Assembly: GCA_965279525.1 (NCBI GenBank)
Contig: CBDIIB010000004.1
Location: forward strand, 864,001 to 928,000
Direction: 5' to 3'
Length of the DNA stretch: 64,000 nucleotides
Origin: Tagaea sp.
GTDB taxonomy: Bacteria > Pseudomonadota > Alphaproteobacteria > CACIAM-22H2
In this document: piece by piece, positions 59,846-64,000 of the stretch
Position numbering within the stretch: the stretch's first letter is position 1
How the letters are laid out: each line of letters starts with the position of its first letter
Notes under the pieces: generated by a model
What the model was told of the DNA's origin: nothing
The model's database searches: none
Seen by the model: only the letters and a program-made list of their open reading frames with translations
Translations under genes and position numbers: made by a program

Positions 59846-60954
59846 CAGTAGGTCAGTACTGTTCGAATGGACTCGCCGCGCCGCATGAGTTCGAAGCCTT
59901 CATTGATTTTCTCATGCGGAAGTACGTGCGTGATCAGGTCATCGATGTTGATCTTGCCGTCCATGTACCAGTCGACGATGCGTGGCACCTCGGTGCGCCC
60001 GCGCACGCCACCGAAAGCCGTTCCCTTCCAGGTCCGGCCGGTGACTAGCTGGAACGGCCGGGTCGAGATCTCCTGCCCCGCCCCCGCCACGCCGACGATG
60101 ACCGACACGCCCCAGCCGCGGTGGCAGCATTCCAGCGCCTGGCGCATCAGCGTCGTGCTGCCGACGCATTCGAAGCTGTAATCCGCCCCGCCCTTCGTGA
60201 GTTCGACGATATGGGCGACGACATCGCCTTTCAGATCTTTCGGATTGACGAAATGCGTCATGCCGAACTTGCGCGCGATCGCTTCGCGCGCAGGGTTGAT
60301 GTCGACCCCGATGATCATGTCGGCCCCTGCCATGCGCGCACCCTGCAGCACATTGAGACCGATTCCGCCGAGACCGAACACGACGACATTCGCCCCAGGC
60401 TCGACCTTGGCGGTGTTGATGACGGCGCCGATACCCGTCGTCACACCGCAGCCGATGTAACAGACTTTCTCGAACGGCGCGTCTTCGCGGATCTTGGCGA
60501 GCGCTATTTCCGGCAGGACGGTGAAATTGGCGAAAGTCGAGCAGCCCATGTAGTGGAGGACGGGCGCGCCCTTGCACGAGAACCTACTCGAGCCGTCCGG
60601 CATCACGCCCTTGCCTTGCGTGGCGCGGATCGACGTGCAGAGGTTCGACTTGCGGCTCAGGCACGTCTTGCACTGCCGGCATTCCGGCGTATAGAGCGGG
60701 ATGACATGGTCGCCCTTCCTGAGAGTCGTGACCCCCTTGCCCACGTCGACGACGATGCCTGCACCTTCATGGCCGAGGACGACCGGGAACATCCCTTCGG
60801 GATCGGAACCCGACAGCGTGTATTCGTCGGTGTGACAGATGCCGGTCGCCTTGACCTCGACCAGCACCTCGCCTTCCTTCGGTCCGTCCAGATCGATGGT
60901 CTCGATCACCAGCGGCGACTTCGCCTTGTAGGCAACGGCGGCACGAACTTTCAT
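59845..60954 (-). CDS. frmA: S-(hydroxymethyl)glutathione dehydrogenase (class III ADH)
   Basis: GICHTD, GHEGAG, PLYTPECRQC, STRPFQLVTGR.WKGTAFGG. Confidence 0.95.
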   Translation of the reverse strand: MKVRAAVAYKAKSPLVIETIDLDGPKEGEVLVEVKATGICHTDEYTLSGSDPEGMFPVVLGHEGAGIVVDVGKGVTTLRKGDHVIPLYTPECRQCKTCLSRKSNLCTSIRATQGKGVMPDGSSRFSCKGAPVLHYMGCSTFANFTVLPEIALAKIREDAPFEKVCYIGCGVTTGIGAVINTAKVEPGANVVVFGLGGIGLNVLQGARMAGADMIIGVDINPAREAIARKFGMTHFVNPKDLKGDVVAHIVELTKGGADYSFECVGSTTLMRQALECCHRGWGVSVIVGVAGAGQEISTRPFQLVTGRTWKGTAFGGVRGRTEVPRIVDWYMDGKINIDDLITHVLPHEKINEGFELMRRGESIRTVLTY

Positions 60955-61961
60955 CCTGTCGTCTCCTCGGAGTTCCGTATCGCGGTGGCCCACTCGGCAC
61001 GAAGCCAGCGCGCGCACGCCACGTTCTGTTCGAAGATCGAATAACCTGCACCGGCCCCGTAGTCCACATTCGGGATATGTTCGCAGGAAATCTGGCCAAG
61101 CGCGCCGGCCGGATCTCGCGCACAATGGGCGAGAAGCTCGCGCATCACGCGTTTCCAGGGCTCGAGGCGGGCCTCGTCCCATGCGGCGTGATATTCGCCC
61201 GGGCCAGGCCGCACGAAGGGATACTGGATGCCCCGCCCAAAGCCTCCGTCGGGGTGGCGCGCGCTTATATTGACCGGATTGGCCGGAACGGCTGCACGTG
61301 CATGGGCATGATGCACGTAGCCCGCTGATATCCAGCGGCTGCAGACATTGCCGGGCTTTGCCGGATCAAGGATGAGCCGCCCGGCTTCGACGTCCGCACG
61401 CATGCCCTGCACGTCCTGCTCGACCGGATTGTCCATCTTGAAGATCACATGGCTGTGATCCAGGGTCATGTGGAACGGAACGCCCCGACGGCCGACTTCG
61501 GCAGCCACTCGCTCGACCCGGCCGAAATGCTCCGACCACATGTTCACATGAACCTCGAAGCAGGGAACCACCTCGTGCCGCATCCCGAACTCGTAGGCGC
61601 GCAGATAGAACTCCGCGACCTCCAAGTCCGAAAGGACGTGGCCGTCGGCATGCGCCGTCAGGACCTGGACATTGTGGACCCGGGCGCCCAGCAGTCGCGC
61701 CTTGACGATGTTGCGTTCATACAGCGGCTCGTCCCGGCCAAGCGAATAGAACCAGCCACCTGCTAGGACCGGCAGGTCGTGGCGTTCGGACGCCTTGTAG
61801 AGATCGCGGAACTCTTCGTCGGGCGGGGACCGGTCGATATAGTCGAAGGCACCCGACTCCTTGATCATGCGCACCTTCGCGGCAATGTCCGGAATGTCGG
61901 TGTCGCTGCGCGTCGCCCCGCCGCCGGTGCAGCCGATCTTCAGCTTTTCGATGATGTTCAA
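60951..61961 (-). CDS. Uncharacterised xylose-isomerase-like TIM-barrel protein
   Basis: Metal-ligand pattern FEVH, LDHSH, HAHAR, SCEH; TTG start after GGAG; stop overlaps the frmA ATG. Confidence 0.7.
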   Translation of the reverse strand: MNIIEKLKIGCTGGGATRSDTDIPDIAAKVRMIKESGAFDYIDRSPPDEEFRDLYKASERHDLPVLAGGWFYSLGRDEPLYERNIVKARLLGARVHNVQVLTAHADGHVLSDLEVAEFYLRAYEFGMRHEVVPCFEVHVNMWSEHFGRVERVAAEVGRRGVPFHMTLDHSHVIFKMDNPVEQDVQGMRADVEAGRLILDPAKPGNVCSRWISAGYVHHAHARAAVPANPVNISARHPDGGFGRGIQYPFVRPGPGEYHAAWDEARLEPWKRVMRELLAHCARDPAGALGQISCEHIPNVDYGAGAGYSIFEQNVACARWLRAEWATAIRNSEETTG

Positions 61962-62031
61962 GGCGCGCACTCCCGTTGGATGCAAGGTTCGCCCGGCTCG
62001 GGGTTCGCGGTCAATCGCCGTGCTTGCGTCC

Positions 62032-62051
62032 CATTATCGATATCGATAATG
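62032..62051. promoter_or_regulatory. Perfect 20-bp palindrome CATTATCGATATCGATAATG, probable GntR operator
   Basis: Lies between the divergent TIM-barrel and gntR genes. Confidence 0.65.
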
Positions 62052-62077
62052 TATCAGCAAGATTTGGGAGGACGTCC

Positions 62078-62734
62078 ATGTCGGCTGCGCGCCGTCCGCG
62101 CGACTTCGTCTATTCGGCCCTCAAGCGCCGCATCGTGCTCAACGAGATCGCGCCCGGCGATTCGCTGACCGAACTCGGTCTTGCGCGCGAGCTGGGCTGC
62201 AGTCAAGGCACCGTGCGCGAGGCGCTGATGCGCCTCCAGGAAGACGGCCTCGTCGTTCGCGCCGGCCATCGCGGCACGACAGTCACCGAACTCGACCCCG
62301 CCGCCGCAATCGAGATTCTCGAGTTGCGCAAAAGGCTGGAAACGCGCGGCGCACTCCGTGCCGTCAGCGCCTACACGCCTGAGGCGCGCACGGAGCTCGA
62401 CGCGATCCGCAAGTCGATGGCAAAGGCCGCCCAGCGCGGCGATGAATACGGCCTGATCGAGCTCGACATGCGTTTCCACGCGACGATCTTCCGTCTCGCG
62501 AGCCCTGCCGTGCTCGAGCAGATCCTGATCCGCTGCATGCTGCACTCGCATCGCCAGAAGCTGTGGGCACCTGGCCATCGCCGCTCGCTCGCTCGCACTG
62601 CAGATCGCCACGCGCCGCTGATGGCAGCCCTTGAGGCGCGCGACGGCCCGCAGCTGGCACGTGAAATCGAGCATCATCTCGACACCATCGTCGATGTCGA
62701 ACGGCCGGCCGCCCGCCGCGGGCGGGCCGCATGA
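62078..62734 (+). CDS. GntR (FCD) transcriptional regulator
   Basis: LTELGLARELGCSQGTVREALMRL HTH; DMRFH. Confidence 0.88.
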   Translation: MSAARRPRDFVYSALKRRIVLNEIAPGDSLTELGLARELGCSQGTVREALMRLQEDGLVVRAGHRGTTVTELDPAAAIEILELRKRLETRGALRAVSAYTPEARTELDAIRKSMAKAAQRGDEYGLIELDMRFHATIFRLASPAVLEQILIRCMLHSHRQKLWAPGHRRSLARTADRHAPLMAALEARDGPQLAREIEHHLDTIVDVERPAARRGRAA

Positions 62735-63666
62735 CTAAGACATTCATCGACCCCGCGATGGCTACGATTCTCGAGCGCGGCCGGGCCAATCCGGCGCCGG
62801 ACTACACGAAGATACCGCTTTCCGAGGGCCGATCAGCCTTCGAGCGTTTTGCCGCAAGCTGGAACGAGGACCCGCCGATCCTTGCCGAGCGACGCGATCT
62901 CGAGATACCCACGCGCTGGGGGCGAATGACGGCACGCCTCTACCGGCCGACACGTGAGCAGGGCGTACCGCTCGTCCTCTACGTCCATGGTGGTGGCTGG
63001 ACGTTCGGCTCGATCCATACGCACGACCGCGCAATGGCGCATCTGGCGCTCGAGGGCGGCTTTGCCGTGCTCGGCATCGACTATCGCCTTGCCCCGGAGC
63101 ACCCGTTCCCCGCAGCGACTGACGATGTCGCCGACACGCTCGCAGCCCTCGACAAGGGCCTGCTCGGCGAAGACGTCCATGTCTCGCAGCTCGGCATCGC
63201 AGGTGATTCCGCCGGTGCTGGCATCGCTCTGGGCGCCCTGCTCGATCCCGCTCTCCGCGAGCGGATTTCGGTGGCCGCCCTGTTCTACGGCTGCTACGCG
63301 CCTGTTTTCGATACGCCAAGCCATGCCGCTTTCGGCGGCGGCGACTTCCTGCTGACGACCGCGCGCATGCGTTGGTACTGGCGAAACTGGCTGGGAAAGC
63401 TCGCCGATGACAGTCTCACGGCGGCAACCCCCTCGCGCGGCAACCTGGCCGACATGCCGCCGATCTATCTCAATGCCGCCGGACTTGATCCGTTGCGCGA
63501 CGAGACGCTCGACCTCGCAAAGCGCCTGGGCGAAGCGGGCAACGACTGCCGCGTCGACGTCTTCGCCGGCGTCTGCCACGGCTTCATGCAGATGGCATCG
63601 CAGCTTCCGGCAGCGCGCCGCGCTCATCGTGCCGGTGCCGAATTCCTCGCATCATACCTCCAATAA
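62731..63666 (+). CDS. Alpha/beta hydrolase, hormone-sensitive lipase (family IV) esterase
   Basis: HGGGW oxyanion motif, DYRLAPEH, GDSAG, DPLRD, HGF. Confidence 0.92.
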   Translation: MTKTFIDPAMATILERGRANPAPDYTKIPLSEGRSAFERFAASWNEDPPILAERRDLEIPTRWGRMTARLYRPTREQGVPLVLYVHGGGWTFGSIHTHDRAMAHLALEGGFAVLGIDYRLAPEHPFPAATDDVADTLAALDKGLLGEDVHVSQLGIAGDSAGAGIALGALLDPALRERISVAALFYGCYAPVFDTPSHAAFGGGDFLLTTARMRWYWRNWLGKLADDSLTAATPSRGNLADMPPIYLNAAGLDPLRDETLDLAKRLGEAGNDCRVDVFAGVCHGFMQMASQLPAARRAHRAGAEFLASYLQ

Positions 63667-63690
63667 AAAGCAGATAAGGGAGAGACGACC

Positions 63691-64000
63691 ATGAAAAGAC
63701 GGACATTCGTCGCATTGAGCGCGGCGGCCCTCGCGGCCCCAGCCATCAACCGCGCCGGCGCCCAGGCGCCCGCCACCGTGCGTTGGTGGTATCATTTCGA
63801 CAATCCTCAGCATTCGCCGGCGGAGCTTGTTTCCAAGTTCGAGCGCGAAAATCCCGGCATCAAGGTCCAGGCAGAAAGCATTCCGTGGGGCGGCGGCAAC
63901 GATTATTACACGCGCCTTTACGCGGCACTTGTCGCCGGAAACGCGCCGGATTGCGGGATGGTCAAGCTCGCCAACCTGTCGCGCCTGATGGAGATGCGCG
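63691..64000 (+). CDS. Sugar-type ABC substrate-binding protein, Tat signal, truncated by window end
   Basis: MKRRTFV twin-arginine leader; FERENPGIKV...IPW...AGNAPD. Confidence 0.8.
   Translation, partial: MKRRTFVALSAAALAAPAINRAGAQAPATVRWWYHFDNPQHSPAELVSKFERENPGIKVQAESIPWGGGNDYYTRLYAALVAGNAPDCGMVKLANLSRLMEMR

Noticed and set aside
16520-60954. ppc, sgaA-like, frmA and fghA as a serine-cycle methylotrophy island
   Set aside because: Tens of kb apart in unrelated operons; hpr, gck, mtk, mcl, glyA and methanol dehydrogenase are absent from the window

Overview
High-GC, gene-dense chromosomal window that looks alphaproteobacterial (DUF4169 protein, Zn-ribbon DinB, SapC, alpha-type SpeD). I found no rRNA, tRNA, CRISPR array, integrase or transposase. 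From left to right it carries: a translationally coupled B12-radical SAM / Fcl-like SDR / methyltransferase / GT4 glyco-tailoring operon; a Liv-type ABC transporter; NCS2 permease; ALDH, SRAP, cysQ and ppc; a divergent parA-like/sua5 pair, both frameshifted; a FAD oxidoreductase, acyl-CoA dehydrogenase and speD-speE; a pentapeptide-repeat protein and dinB; a pyrimidine/hydantoin catabolic block (hydantoinase, carbamoylase, racemase plus URC1-URC4-upp); a Burkholderia-style arn (L-Ara4N) operon without arnB; a GntR-sgaA-FAD/FeS dehydrogenase module; a Ugp-like ABC transporter; and an uncharacterised TIM-barrel gene coupled to frmA-fghA, divergent from GntR-esterase-sugar SBP. The best candidates for undescribed biology are the B12-rSAM glyco operon, the TIM-barrel/formaldehyde module, the URC+hydantoinase cluster and several structured intergenic regions. 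All calls come from reading motifs by eye; no searches were run.
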